Shown piece after piece: positions 24,149 through 33,955 of a stretch of 64,000 nucleotides of DNA; the stretch's first letter is position 1; the number at the start of each line of letters is the position of its first letter. Under the pieces are notes generated by a model. It saw nothing but the letters and a program-made list of their open reading frames with translations, was not told the DNA's origin and searched no databases. Position numbers and translations under genes: made by a program. Origin of the DNA: Chlorobiaceae bacterium (lineage in GTDB: Bacteria > Bacteroidota > Chlorobiia > Chlorobiales > Chlorobiaceae); the NCBI GenBank assembly GCA_012972835.1, contig JABDHK010000004.1:153530-217529 (forward strand), given 5' to 3'.

Positions 24149-24180
24149 TGCAAATCTGGGTATGAATGCCCAGATTTGCA
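24149..24180 (-). terminator. Perfect 12-bp inverted repeat (putative terminator/insulator after the glycosylation cluster)
   Basis: TGCAAATCTGGG-tatgaatg-CCCAGATTTGCA, 29 nt downstream of the 24209 stop. On the minus strand the U-run (UUUUUU) only begins about 14 nt after the stem, so this is not a textbook intrinsic terminator. Confidence 0.45.
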
Positions 24181-24208
24181 CACTTAACCGTTAACTCTCT
24201 TCGGATAA

Positions 24209-26575
24209 TTACTTCCGAAGGAAGCGGCCTTCCACCAGCCCACCCGTTATAAGCAGCAGCGCAAGCACGAATGCTCCGAGAGATATTCTTTGCCCCGTTT
24301 CAAATCCGCTTCTGTCATAATAGAAATGTACCTCCCTGCTCCCAGCAGGGACTACAACACCCCGCAGCAATCCATTCACCTTGACCATTGAGGCTGGCTT
24401 CCCATCAACTGACACTTTCCACCGCAAGGGGTAATAAATTTCACTGACAACAAGAAATGCCTCGCCTGGAGCTGAAACCTTGAGGATCATTGACTCTGGC
24501 TGTGCATTGAGCGATGTAACCGTTGCAGAAGCAAATGTCCGGCTTTCCGTCCAGAGAGATCCATCGACATAGGCCTCACCTGAAGCGGCACGGTCATCAA
24601 GAAGCCGAGTAAACAGTGCCTCGTCGCTCTTCAATGCTATCACACGTTGTGCAAACCAGGCCCTCGGAACTGTTTCCTTGAGAGCATAAACTGAAACCAT
24701 CTGCGGACCGTTTGCCAGCTGGAGCGAACCGCTCTTGACCAGTTCAAGAGCCGGATGCACAATTGGTTCAGCACTGATGACATAACCAACATTGAGCATT
24801 CTGAGAATATTCAGGCTGGCAAGGTTACCGGTTTTTGAAAGAAACTCTTCATAGATCTTGAGTTTAGCCGGATGGTAGCCGCCCGCTGACTCAATTCCGA
24901 AAAGAGCAAACTTGTTTTCGGCAAAAAGCGGCCCTGCTGGATAGATCCTGAACAACCCTTTTCTTGAAGCAAGGAAAAGGGTAATCTCATCGTGGCGGAA
25001 GGCAGGCTCCACCACACGGCTTTCGGCAAGCACCGGAGAGCGCAGTGAGGCGGAAGAGGGATTAACTATCTGCAAATCAAGCCAGATAATATCACCAAGT
25101 CCCAAAACAAGAAGGAGCACAACCGACAACTTCCTGGAAAACCGATTATTCATACAAAGCCAGAGTACGCCAGCCGAAAGAGATAAAAGCATCATGACAA
25201 CAAGGAAGCTATCTTTCAAATGCTCCCACCGCACTTTATTGACCATAAAAGCCAGATCGAAGCTTCCAGCGGACGGTTCGGGGAAAAGTGAACGAAAAAA
25301 TCCCTCGATACTCGGCTCAAACAGAAAAAAAAGAATGATTAGAAGCGCAAAAGCAAGTGCGCCTTTATAAAGAGGCTTTCTCAGTCGATCAAGCTGACAT
25401 TGAAACAACTCTTGAAGTCCTGCCGCAGCAAAAACCGCAAGAATAAGGTAGACCATGATAAGCGCCATCGAAGGAACCCTGAACTTGCTGAACAGAGGTG
25501 CGGCCTGATAGAAAAGGTTAAAAACAGGGCTGAAAAAATTTCCGAATGACAAGAGCAAATAGAGCATCAATCCTGCAACGAGAAACCAGGTCATCGGTTC
25601 CTTCCTGCGTATGGCAGCACCGCCAATGGCAAGCATGAGCACAAGAATACCTGCATAATGGGGGAAATCGGTAAAGGGCATAAACCCCCAGTAGGTAGCC
25701 CCGCCAAAACCAAAGCTCCCCGGAACAAGGAAGGTAAGGAGTTCCATAGGGTGCATCGACCAGAGGGTAGCATAATCCCATGCAGCCCCTCCACCCTGTC
25801 CTGCCATTCCCCTTACCGAATATGCTGCATACTGTGATGCCGGGATATAAATCGAAGCCGACATAGCAACCCCGCAACCCAACCCAACAATCAACAAAAA
25901 CAACAAACGAAATCCCCCTACACCACCCCCAAAAACACCACGCCGTGACAAAAACAGAAAACAAACAAACAACACCATCAACATCCACGAATAATAGGCA
26001 ATCTGCACATGAGACCGCTGCAACTGAAATCCGGCAACAAGAGCAAGAATCCCTGCATCGACCATCCCTCCGCGCTCCATAAGCCGCAATGTCGCCCAGA
26101 GCATCCAGGGTATGTATGCCGCTGTCATGAGCTGACTTCCATGGCCATGAACCAGCATGGCCGTCAAATAGGGATTGAGCATGAAAACCGCACCACCGAA
26201 GAACGCGGCAAGCGTTGTCAGTCGGTACTCCCGCAAGAACAGAAATAGTCCGAAGCCGGCAAAAGCAAGGTGAAAAAGCTGCAGCACTATACCATCAGTA
26301 TGGAAAAGATTAAACAACACATTGGGATAATAGAGCCCGCTGAGGTAGCTGAATGCTTCCACCGTCGGCATGCCTGAAAAAACCCAGGCTTGCCAGAGCG
26401 GATAACTGCCGGTTGCCTCATGAACTCTGTCAAGCGCAATGGTTGATGCCAGAGGGACAAGAGTGTCGGGTGCAAGCAAAATGTTCGACTGAAAAACAAG
26501 CGGGTAAAAGAGCAATACCGCCAGAAAAGTATAGCCGGCAAAAACAACAGGAAACAGCAGAATGGTTTTCTTCAC
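24209..26575 (-). CDS. YfhO-like polytopic membrane protein (putative GT-C-type extracytoplasmic glycosyltransferase)
   Basis: 788 aa. There are many hydrophobic helices over the first ~500 aa, a ~250-aa soluble domain, and a final TM helix. The N-terminal YPLWQAWVFSGMP resembles the YfhO-family motif as I remember it. This is a family call from memory, not a search. Confidence 0.6.
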   Translation of the reverse strand: MKKTILLFPVVFAGYTFLAVLLFYPLVFQSNILLAPDTLVPLASTIALDRVHEATGSYPLWQAWVFSGMPTVEAFSYLSGLYYPNVLFNLFHTDGIVLQLFHLAFAGFGLFLFLREYRLTTLAAFFGGAVFMLNPYLTAMLVHGHGSQLMTAAYIPWMLWATLRLMERGGMVDAGILALVAGFQLQRSHVQIAYYSWMLMVLFVCFLFLSRRGVFGGGVGGFRLLFLLIVGLGCGVAMSASIYIPASQYAAYSVRGMAGQGGGAAWDYATLWSMHPMELLTFLVPGSFGFGGATYWGFMPFTDFPHYAGILVLMLAIGGAAIRRKEPMTWFLVAGLMLYLLLSFGNFFSPVFNLFYQAAPLFSKFRVPSMALIMVYLILAVFAAAGLQELFQCQLDRLRKPLYKGALAFALLIILFFLFEPSIEGFFRSLFPEPSAGSFDLAFMVNKVRWEHLKDSFLVVMMLLSLSAGVLWLCMNNRFSRKLSVVLLLVLGLGDIIWLDLQIVNPSSASLRSPVLAESRVVEPAFRHDEITLFLASRKGLFRIYPAGPLFAENKFALFGIESAGGYHPAKLKIYEEFLSKTGNLASLNILRMLNVGYVISAEPIVHPALELVKSGSLQLANGPQMVSVYALKETVPRAWFAQRVIALKSDEALFTRLLDDRAASGEAYVDGSLWTESRTFASATVTSLNAQPESMILKVSAPGEAFLVVSEIYYPLRWKVSVDGKPASMVKVNGLLRGVVVPAGSREVHFYYDRSGFETGQRISLGAFVLALLLITGGLVEGRFLRK

Positions 26576-26578
26576 AAG

Positions 26579-28072
26579 TTATCCCCTTGGTTTCTTCTTA
26601 ATAAAGGGTAAAGCTTTCAAAATAATCTCTCTTTCCTCCTGTTCCAACTTAAGAAGCAGCATCAGCACACTATAACTGCTGACCGCAAGCAGGGCACCCG
26701 TCAAAAATCCGGCAAATACCGGTATGCTGTGCAGCCACGGGCGTGCAGCCATAAGTATCACTGCTGTAACGATACCAGCTGCAAGTGGCTTCCACAACGC
26801 TTTCCCGAAGGGATGAATTTTCAACAGAATATATATTTCGCCAAGCCGGACAGTGGAGAGCAGAAAAAAAACAAGCAATGTTGCCAGAGCTGCGCCGTTT
26901 ATGCCCATCCGTGGTATCAGGATAAGGTTCAGGACGACCTGCAGGCCGAGGGCACCGAGGGCGTTGAAAAGACTGAGCCGCGCATAACCCGTCATGGCAA
27001 GTACGGTTGAAGAGAGTCCAAAAGATACCTGCAGGAGTGAGGCTGCTGTCAAGAGAATCAAGGCGTGACTGCCTGCAGTAAACCGTTGCCCAAATACCCC
27101 GAGTACCGGCTCAGGCAGCAGTATGAAGAGAAGAACAGGAGGAATAACAAGCCCGAAAATCCAGCGTGTCACCATTTTATAAATCCTTCCTATCTCAGCA
27201 TTGTCGCTTCCTGTATGCAGCGCGGCAATCATCGGTGCTGCAATACCGGCAAAAGAGAGAAGCACCGCGCGAATAAGACCAGCAGTTCTGGCTACAGGAT
27301 GATAAAGTCCTACCGTTGCAGTATCGGTAAGCATTCCAAGCATCATGACATCGAGCCAGTGAGTCATCATACTCAACAGTGAAACCACCATAAACGGCAG
27401 AGCATAGAGAAGCATGGCCCGGTCAGGGGTAGCACGAACAATATCGAGTGGCAAAACGCCGCTGATTTTTGACAAATAGGGACGAATCCAGAAAAATGCT
27501 ATTGCCGCCGAAAGTGCAAAAGGAAAAATCAGGGCGGCTTCCTGTCCCGCCATATAGCGAAACACGATTGTCAAAAGAAGCAGCAACAGAGGACTCACCA
27601 CCTGGGTTGCAATAATTTTAGGCTGAAGCTGCCTGAACCCCTGAATCGCATGTCCATAAAGCATTGTCGCGACATTGAAAGGAATGGCAACTGCATAGCA
27701 GCAGAGAGTGAGCTGTAGCCGATGGCTGCCATGAAGAATTAAAGCTATTCGCCCTGAAAAAAGCAGCAAAAGGAGCACTATAGAGATTGAAAGAAAAAAG
27801 CTTGTTTTAAGTGCGGAACCAATCACTGCTTTCTGACGGAGAGCATCACTGCTGTGAACACTGATAAATCGCAGTAAACCCGAATCAAGGCCGGCAATGG
27901 CAAGCACCTCTGAAATCTGCATCACAGCAACAGCGAGAGCATAAGTACCAAGAGCATCGGCATCAAGCACTCTTGCAACAAGCAGGTTAAAGCCGAACCG
28001 GGATGCCTGTCCGAAAAGAAATCCTGCAAAGGAAAATCCAGCCTGACCAGCTATGACACTATTGCGATTCAA
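26579..28072 (-). CDS. MOP/Wzx-type polysaccharide (lipid-linked oligosaccharide) flippase
   Basis: 497 aa and about 12-14 TM helices, with no soluble domains. Its composition and length are typical of polysaccharide biosynthesis protein / Wzx. The stop lies 4 nt from the next start. Confidence 0.7.
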   Translation of the reverse strand: MNRNSVIAGQAGFSFAGFLFGQASRFGFNLLVARVLDADALGTYALAVAVMQISEVLAIAGLDSGLLRFISVHSSDALRQKAVIGSALKTSFFLSISIVLLLLLFSGRIALILHGSHRLQLTLCCYAVAIPFNVATMLYGHAIQGFRQLQPKIIATQVVSPLLLLLLTIVFRYMAGQEAALIFPFALSAAIAFFWIRPYLSKISGVLPLDIVRATPDRAMLLYALPFMVVSLLSMMTHWLDVMMLGMLTDTATVGLYHPVARTAGLIRAVLLSFAGIAAPMIAALHTGSDNAEIGRIYKMVTRWIFGLVIPPVLLFILLPEPVLGVFGQRFTAGSHALILLTAASLLQVSFGLSSTVLAMTGYARLSLFNALGALGLQVVLNLILIPRMGINGAALATLLVFFLLSTVRLGEIYILLKIHPFGKALWKPLAAGIVTAVILMAARPWLHSIPVFAGFLTGALLAVSSYSVLMLLLKLEQEEREIILKALPFIKKKPRG

Positions 28073-29253
28073 AAAGAGTACTCCTGATAAGCGTTCTGCA
28101 GTTCCCTCTCCATTGTAGCAGCAATCGTATCCCAGCTATGTTGTCGGGCAAATGCCTGCCGTGCTTCCTTGCGCCTGTCAAGAAGGGCTTCCGGTACCAT
28201 ACCGACAAACTCATCATGCGAAGTAGCAACATGCACAACCTCCCGCGCTCTCTCAACTGCACTGCAGTAGTTCATCGATAATACCGGCACTCCCGAGGCA
28301 CAATATTCATAAAGCTTGTTGGGATGAGAAACCCCTTTAAGCTCATTACCGAGCAGCGGCATCAACGCCAGATCGAAATGTTGAACCCATGCAGGCAGTT
28401 CCGCATAGTCCACTTTACCAAGATAGTGCACATTTGGAATCGTGTTAATATCTCCACGTTTTTTCCACCAATCCCTTTCATAAGCCGGACCGAGCAGCAC
28501 AATCGAATACTCCGGCCAGGCTCGTGCTGTAGCTGCAACAAGAGTGGTATCGAGCCAGTCCATGGCCCCGGCATAACCGAGAATAGGCTTCCTCAGTCCG
28601 GAAAGCCCTGCAGGCGCTTGAGGGTATGGAGTAGCAAAATGAGTGAACTCAACCCCGTTTCCAAGCTCAATAGAACAAATTCCGGGCGGTACACGAAGTC
28701 GGGCAGTCAGTTCCGGACTCACACTGAAAAGGAGTTGCACGCCTGAAAGATAGGTGTCGAGGTAACCCTTCAGCCAGTAAGGAGTCCCTGGAAAGGCAAG
28801 ATGATCATCATTGGCATCATAAAAGCGAAAACGGCAGGACAAAAGGGCCGCAACCCTTCCCCAGTAGACATTGCTCAGACCAATTATTTTTTTACTGGAT
28901 GCAAATCCAAGAGTGGTCATCCAGAACAGCATCAATACAATTCCAGGCAGTGAGAGAAGCGTTCGCAAAAGCAGGTTATCAAGCAGACGTCCGAATCTGA
29001 AAGGCACGCTCTTTATGAATGGCACACTGACAACCCACACCCGCCCTCTTTTAACTGGAAGCCAGTGATGACGACGTCCAAGAGTATAGGGCTCAATAAA
29101 GAGAATCCTCCAGTTTCCGGGAAACCGCCCGAGGATACGCTGTTTACGAGTCGAAAGAAAGTCCCACTGTATTTCTGAAAACCATACAAGCAGGAATGGA
29201 GTGCATGGCACTCCATTATTGGGCGGCAAGTTCATAAATCTGCACTTTTTCAA
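28069..29253 (-). CDS. Glycosyltransferase, GT-B fold (family 1 / TuaH-like)
   Basis: The N-terminal ...VWFSEIQWDFLSTRKQRIL resembles the TuaH-like WDF motif. The C-terminal half has YLGKVDYAELPAWVQHFDLALMP....HPNKLYEYCASGVPVLS, a GT1 E-x7-E-type region. It overlaps the flippase start by 4 nt (ATGA). Confidence 0.7.
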   Translation of the reverse strand: MKKCRFMNLPPNNGVPCTPFLLVWFSEIQWDFLSTRKQRILGRFPGNWRILFIEPYTLGRRHHWLPVKRGRVWVVSVPFIKSVPFRFGRLLDNLLLRTLLSLPGIVLMLFWMTTLGFASSKKIIGLSNVYWGRVAALLSCRFRFYDANDDHLAFPGTPYWLKGYLDTYLSGVQLLFSVSPELTARLRVPPGICSIELGNGVEFTHFATPYPQAPAGLSGLRKPILGYAGAMDWLDTTLVAATARAWPEYSIVLLGPAYERDWWKKRGDINTIPNVHYLGKVDYAELPAWVQHFDLALMPLLGNELKGVSHPNKLYEYCASGVPVLSMNYCSAVERAREVVHVATSHDEFVGMVPEALLDRRKEARQAFARQHSWDTIAATMERELQNAYQEYSF

Positions 29254-29779
29254 ACAATGCCCGCAGAAGCGGCTTTACTCCTGTAAGATAAAACAAGAGA
29301 GGGCGGATACGAAACTCCTCGCTTCTGACAACGCTGAACCCCGCACGCTTAAAAAGTGATAGGGCCGATTGACGGCTCATCTCATGAAAATGGTCGGGGC
29401 TTGCAAGAAAAGAGGGCTTCCTGAGAGGCATGGACACAAAAAGCCGGGCACCATCACCCTTCAAAACCTGCCTGACCTCAAGCAACGCATGGAGAGGATT
29501 GTAGAGATGTTCAAGCACTTCAAAAGCCGTAACCACTCCAAACGATCCTTCAAGCAAGGCAAGGTCAAGATCACCAGTTGTATTGTCAAGCGGAAAGCCG
29601 AAACTATGCTCAAGCAAGTCGGTAAACGGTGTTCTGTCACCCAGATCAAGCCCCTTTGAAATTGTGAAGCGGGAAAACGAAGAGCGGTTGAGGAAAGCAA
29701 TGCTCTTCTGCCAACGAATACTGTGGGCTGGATCATTGATGTAGCTGGAATCAATGACTGTTCTGAATCTGTTCTCCAT
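29216..29779 (-). CDS. Class I SAM-dependent methyltransferase (small)
   Basis: 187 aa with GLDLGDRTP... and FGVVTAFEVLEHLYNP...LKGDGARLFVSMP, a pattern typical of Methyltransf_11/23-type enzymes. Confidence 0.6.
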   Translation of the reverse strand: MENRFRTVIDSSYINDPAHSIRWQKSIAFLNRSSFSRFTISKGLDLGDRTPFTDLLEHSFGFPLDNTTGDLDLALLEGSFGVVTAFEVLEHLYNPLHALLEVRQVLKGDGARLFVSMPLRKPSFLASPDHFHEMSRQSALSLFKRAGFSVVRSEEFRIRPLLFYLTGVKPLLRALFEKVQIYELAAQ

Positions 29780-30635
29780 TCTGCAACCTCCCTGTTTTGT
29801 ACATCCCGGAATGTTTCTCTCTCATCGCATCTCCTAAACTGCTCGCAAGACGCAGAGGAAGCAGAAGCAGATAACAGACCATACCGCTCCATGCCCGATG
29901 CTTTCTGAAAAGACGAAGCGCCCCTATGCTTTTTTTTTGCAGTTTCAAGAACTGGCTACCCTGAAGTGATGCCGATACCTTGTGCCATACCCTTGACAAT
30001 GGAACATATTCAATACTCATCCCCAGCGAGCAAACCCTGAGCGAGAGATCCACATCTTCCGCATACATCCCGAACGCTTCATCAAAACCACCGACGGCTT
30101 GAAAATCCCGGCTTCGCATGGCCATGCAACAACCTGTAGCATACCCTGTTCTGCCTGGACAACTGAATTCCGGAGCATCTTTTTTCCGCAATCCAACATG
30201 ACTGATAAGTCCTGTAGAAAGCCTGACAATCCCTCCGGCGTACCAGAGCGTATCAGGACGATCCCAATAAAATATTTTCGGTACAGCAATTCCTGCCGAA
30301 GCGTTTTTCAACAGAGTTTCAATAAGTGGCACATGAAACCCCGCATCGACAATGGTATCATTGTTCAGAAAAATCACCATCTCTGCCCCCAGCTCCACAA
30401 CCCGCCTGTAGCCGGCGTTGTTGCCTGCCGCATAACCAAGATTAACGGGCAAAAGTAGCAACTCAATATCGTTAAACGCAGCCCTGATCAGCTCAGCAGA
30501 TCCATCGGCCGATCCGTTATCAACAACAATTACCCTGCATGATGCCGACTCGATTCCTGTAAGAGAGGCGAGACAGGCAAGAGTATCCCGAGCACCGTTC
30601 CAGTTCAAAACAACAATCCATGTCATGGGATACAT
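29751..30635 (-). CDS. Glycosyltransferase family 2 (GT-A)
   Basis: IVVLNWNGARDTLACLASL...VIVVDNGSADGS...NLGYAAGNN...DVDLSLR is the classic GT2 (rhamnosyltransferase-like) layout. Confidence 0.8.
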   Translation of the reverse strand: MYPMTWIVVLNWNGARDTLACLASLTGIESASCRVIVVDNGSADGSAELIRAAFNDIELLLLPVNLGYAAGNNAGYRRVVELGAEMVIFLNNDTIVDAGFHVPLIETLLKNASAGIAVPKIFYWDRPDTLWYAGGIVRLSTGLISHVGLRKKDAPEFSCPGRTGYATGCCMAMRSRDFQAVGGFDEAFGMYAEDVDLSLRVCSLGMSIEYVPLSRVWHKVSASLQGSQFLKLQKKSIGALRLFRKHRAWSGMVCYLLLLPLRLASSLGDAMREKHSGMYKTGRLQNGEQIQNSH

Positions 30636-31882
30636 TATGTAACCTTCCGCGAAACTTCAGCTTCAAGAAAACTGCCAGCAGCATCAGCAAAAGCCTTCCA
30701 TGAATAATCATGGCGAAATGTTTCGATAGCCGAACGCATCGTTGTCAGATTCTCCCTGCTGTCGAGAAACTCCCCGACCACCTGTGCAAGCCCTTCAGAT
30801 GAACAATGCCGGGCAACCCAGCCGGTTTCGCCATGACGCACCATCTCAGGGAGTGCGCCTGCCGGTGTGACAATAACCGGCAAACCGTGACCGTAAGCAA
30901 GCTGCACCACTCCTGACTGCGTTGCACTGCGGTATGGAAGCACAACAGCATCAGCGGCGGCAAAAAAAAGTACACTGCGCTCTCTTGAAACATACCCGGG
31001 ATAGAGGTCAACGCTCCCTTCTATACCGAGCTGTTCGACAAGCTCTCGGTACATCTCTATGGATTCATGAAACTGCCCGGCAACAACAAGCCTGAGCGCC
31101 GGTTCCCTCTTTAAAATCTCTGGCATGGCACGAAGCATCATATCAAGCCCCTTATATCGACGGACATAACCAAAAAAAAGCAACACAGGAGAGTGCTCAT
31201 CAAGATTGAGCGCAGTGCGCGCATCAGAAAGTGAAGGCATCCCCACTTCAGGCTCATAGAGTGGATGAAAAAGCAGAATGCTTGGAATTATGGGCATTGC
31301 AATACCTGCCTCCTGAGCAACGACATTCGAAAGGGTTAAAATACCATCCGTCGAGGCGGCAAGCAGCCGACGCATAATAGTGTCAAAAAAAAAGGATTCA
31401 TGGGAAGTAAGGTTATGAAGCAACACCACAATCTTGATGCCGGTCAAACGACGAAGCACATAGTAGAGTGGGGCCAGCACTCCTGTCCAGTATGCAGCAA
31501 GCAGGATATCCGGCTTCAATAACCGTATAAAACGGATTGTTCCATACCAGGTCAAGGGATTATAAAGCACCAGGCGCACCTCTTTGGTGAAAGCGGTATC
31601 TGCTGTATGAGCATCTTCAACTGCTCCCTGAGATAAAAATTCCGGGTAGAGAGCCTTGAACGCTACTGGAACTACATCATACCCCCTGTCGCAAAGGGCA
31701 TCCCTCAAGAGTCCGCTGAAACGGGCTATACCACCCTTTAAGGGATAAAAAGGAGAGATGAATGCGATCCGTAACGGTTTCAATAACGCTCCTGGAGCGG
31801 CTTTCAAACTACTGTTCTCCAAACCCCTGTTCAAAAAACTCCACAAGCTGACGGGCGGCCTCAACAGCATCCTCGCCATCAA
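30635..31882 (-). CDS. Glycosyltransferase family 4/1 (GT-B)
   Basis: RIAFISPFYPLKGGIARF at the N-terminus and ...PYRSATQSGVVQLAYGHGLPVIVTP.GALPEMVRHGETGW at the C-terminus. The track ORF overlaps the ptsH 3' end by 74 nt. An in-frame TTG at 31805-31807, immediately after the ptsH stop, is a plausible real start. Confidence 0.75.
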   Translation of the reverse strand: MMARMLLRPPVSLWSFLNRGLENSSLKAAPGALLKPLRIAFISPFYPLKGGIARFSGLLRDALCDRGYDVVPVAFKALYPEFLSQGAVEDAHTADTAFTKEVRLVLYNPLTWYGTIRFIRLLKPDILLAAYWTGVLAPLYYVLRRLTGIKIVVLLHNLTSHESFFFDTIMRRLLAASTDGILTLSNVVAQEAGIAMPIIPSILLFHPLYEPEVGMPSLSDARTALNLDEHSPVLLFFGYVRRYKGLDMMLRAMPEILKREPALRLVVAGQFHESIEMYRELVEQLGIEGSVDLYPGYVSRERSVLFFAAADAVVLPYRSATQSGVVQLAYGHGLPVIVTPAGALPEMVRHGETGWVARHCSSEGLAQVVGEFLDSRENLTTMRSAIETFRHDYSWKAFADAAGSFLEAEVSRKVT

Positions 31883-32087
31883 GTTTGAGCGTCAAGCGGG
31901 TACCTCTCGGGGCAGCAAGACTCATAACACCAATAATTGACTTTGCGTTAATCTCTACACCCCCCATTTCGATAAAAAAATCTGATTTGAACCGAGATGC
32001 AAGCTTAACGACTGATGCTGCGGGTCTGGTATGCAGCCCGGCCTTGTTTTTAATAACAACTTCCTTGACAATCACAAATATGCTCAA
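31809..32087 (-). CDS. ptsH: Phosphocarrier protein HPr
   Basis: 92 aa with the active-site context NKAGLHTRPAA (His-15 equivalent) and the regulatory Ser context NAKSIIGVMSLAA (Ser-46 equivalent). Confidence 0.9.
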   Translation of the reverse strand: MSIFVIVKEVVIKNKAGLHTRPAASVVKLASRFKSDFFIEMGGVEINAKSIIGVMSLAAPRGTRLTLKLDGEDAVEAARQLVEFFEQGFGEQ

Positions 32088-32135
32088 CCCGTTTGTTTTA
32101 TTTAACCCACCGCCCGAAATGGTTATAACTACATT

Positions 32136-32603
32136 TCAGAGTGTTTTCATCATAGCAATCTCATCACAAGCCATAAGCTTGGGACAATGAGTGCAATCCC
32201 TCCATATTTTCTGAGGAAAATACTCCTTCTGAATTTCGCGGTATCCAACACGCCTGAAAAACTCAATGCTCAACGTCAGGACAAAAACCTCACTGACACC
32301 TTCCTCACGTAAAACAGACTCTGCCTTTTCAACCAGCAACCGTCCTATCCCCTTCATTTTATAGCGGTTAAAAACTGCCAGAGAACGGATTTCAGCAAGT
32401 TTCAACGTATAGAATGCAATAGCACAGCACCCTATCACCTCACCGTTATATTCGGCGACAAAAAAGTTACGAATATTTTCAACAATATTATCACCGGAAC
32501 GTTCCAGCATAATTCCCTGACTGGCATACTCTGCGGTGATGGAGGAAATTGCAGCTGCATCGGCAAGACGCGCATATCTGACAAAAAGTTCAGTATGCTT
32601 CAT
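32136..32603 (-). CDS. GNAT-family N-acetyltransferase (short ArgA-like)
   Basis: 155 aa with the acetyl-CoA motif RYKMKGIGRLLVEKAE. The C-terminal CTHCPKLMAC is as seen in short N-acetylglutamate-synthase-like proteins. Confidence 0.7.
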   Translation of the reverse strand: MKHTELFVRYARLADAAAISSITAEYASQGIMLERSGDNIVENIRNFFVAEYNGEVIGCCAIAFYTLKLAEIRSLAVFNRYKMKGIGRLLVEKAESVLREEGVSEVFVLTLSIEFFRRVGYREIQKEYFPQKIWRDCTHCPKLMACDEIAMMKTL

Positions 32604-32605
32604 GG

Positions 32606-33619
<1,014 letters not shown>

Positions 33620-33691
33620 TCACGCACCTGCCTTTTGAATAATCTTTCTCTTTAACTATTTTCATCAACAACATCTAAACTAAAACAACCC

Positions 33692-33949
33692 ATGACAGCA
33701 ACCCATTCCGGAAAGCCTGCTATTGAGGAACTTATCTCACGGCTTGAAGATATAACCCGGAACATTGAAAATCCAGAGACCGGCCTTGAAACATCTATCT
33801 CACTCTACGAAGAGGGCCTTGCCATTGCCGAAACCTGTAAAAAAAGGCTGCTGGAAGCCAGAAAAAAAATAGAGGTGATCAATCCGGAAATTGCAAAAAA
33901 CTGGCCCGATACACTTCGCATTAAAGACCTGTTCGACAGCGAACCTTGA
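33692..33949 (+). CDS. xseB: Exodeoxyribonuclease VII small subunit
   Basis: 85 aa. IEELISRLEDITRNIENPETGLETSISLYEEGLAIAETCKKRL is the typical XseB helical hairpin. Confidence 0.85.
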   Translation: MTATHSGKPAIEELISRLEDITRNIENPETGLETSISLYEEGLAIAETCKKRLLEARKKIEVINPEIAKNWPDTLRIKDLFDSEP

Positions 33950-33955
33950 AATCGG

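Noticed and set aside
29930-29938. A9/T9 homopolymer tracts inside glycosyltransferase genes (29930-29938 in the GT2 gene and 31386-31394 in the GT4 gene), considered as possible slipped-strand phase-variation switches.
   Set aside because: An identical-length A9 tract occurs in housekeeping proC (56262-56270). The tracts simply encode Lys-Lys or Phe-Phe-Phe. Nine nucleotides is borderline, and there is no evidence of variation from a single sequence.
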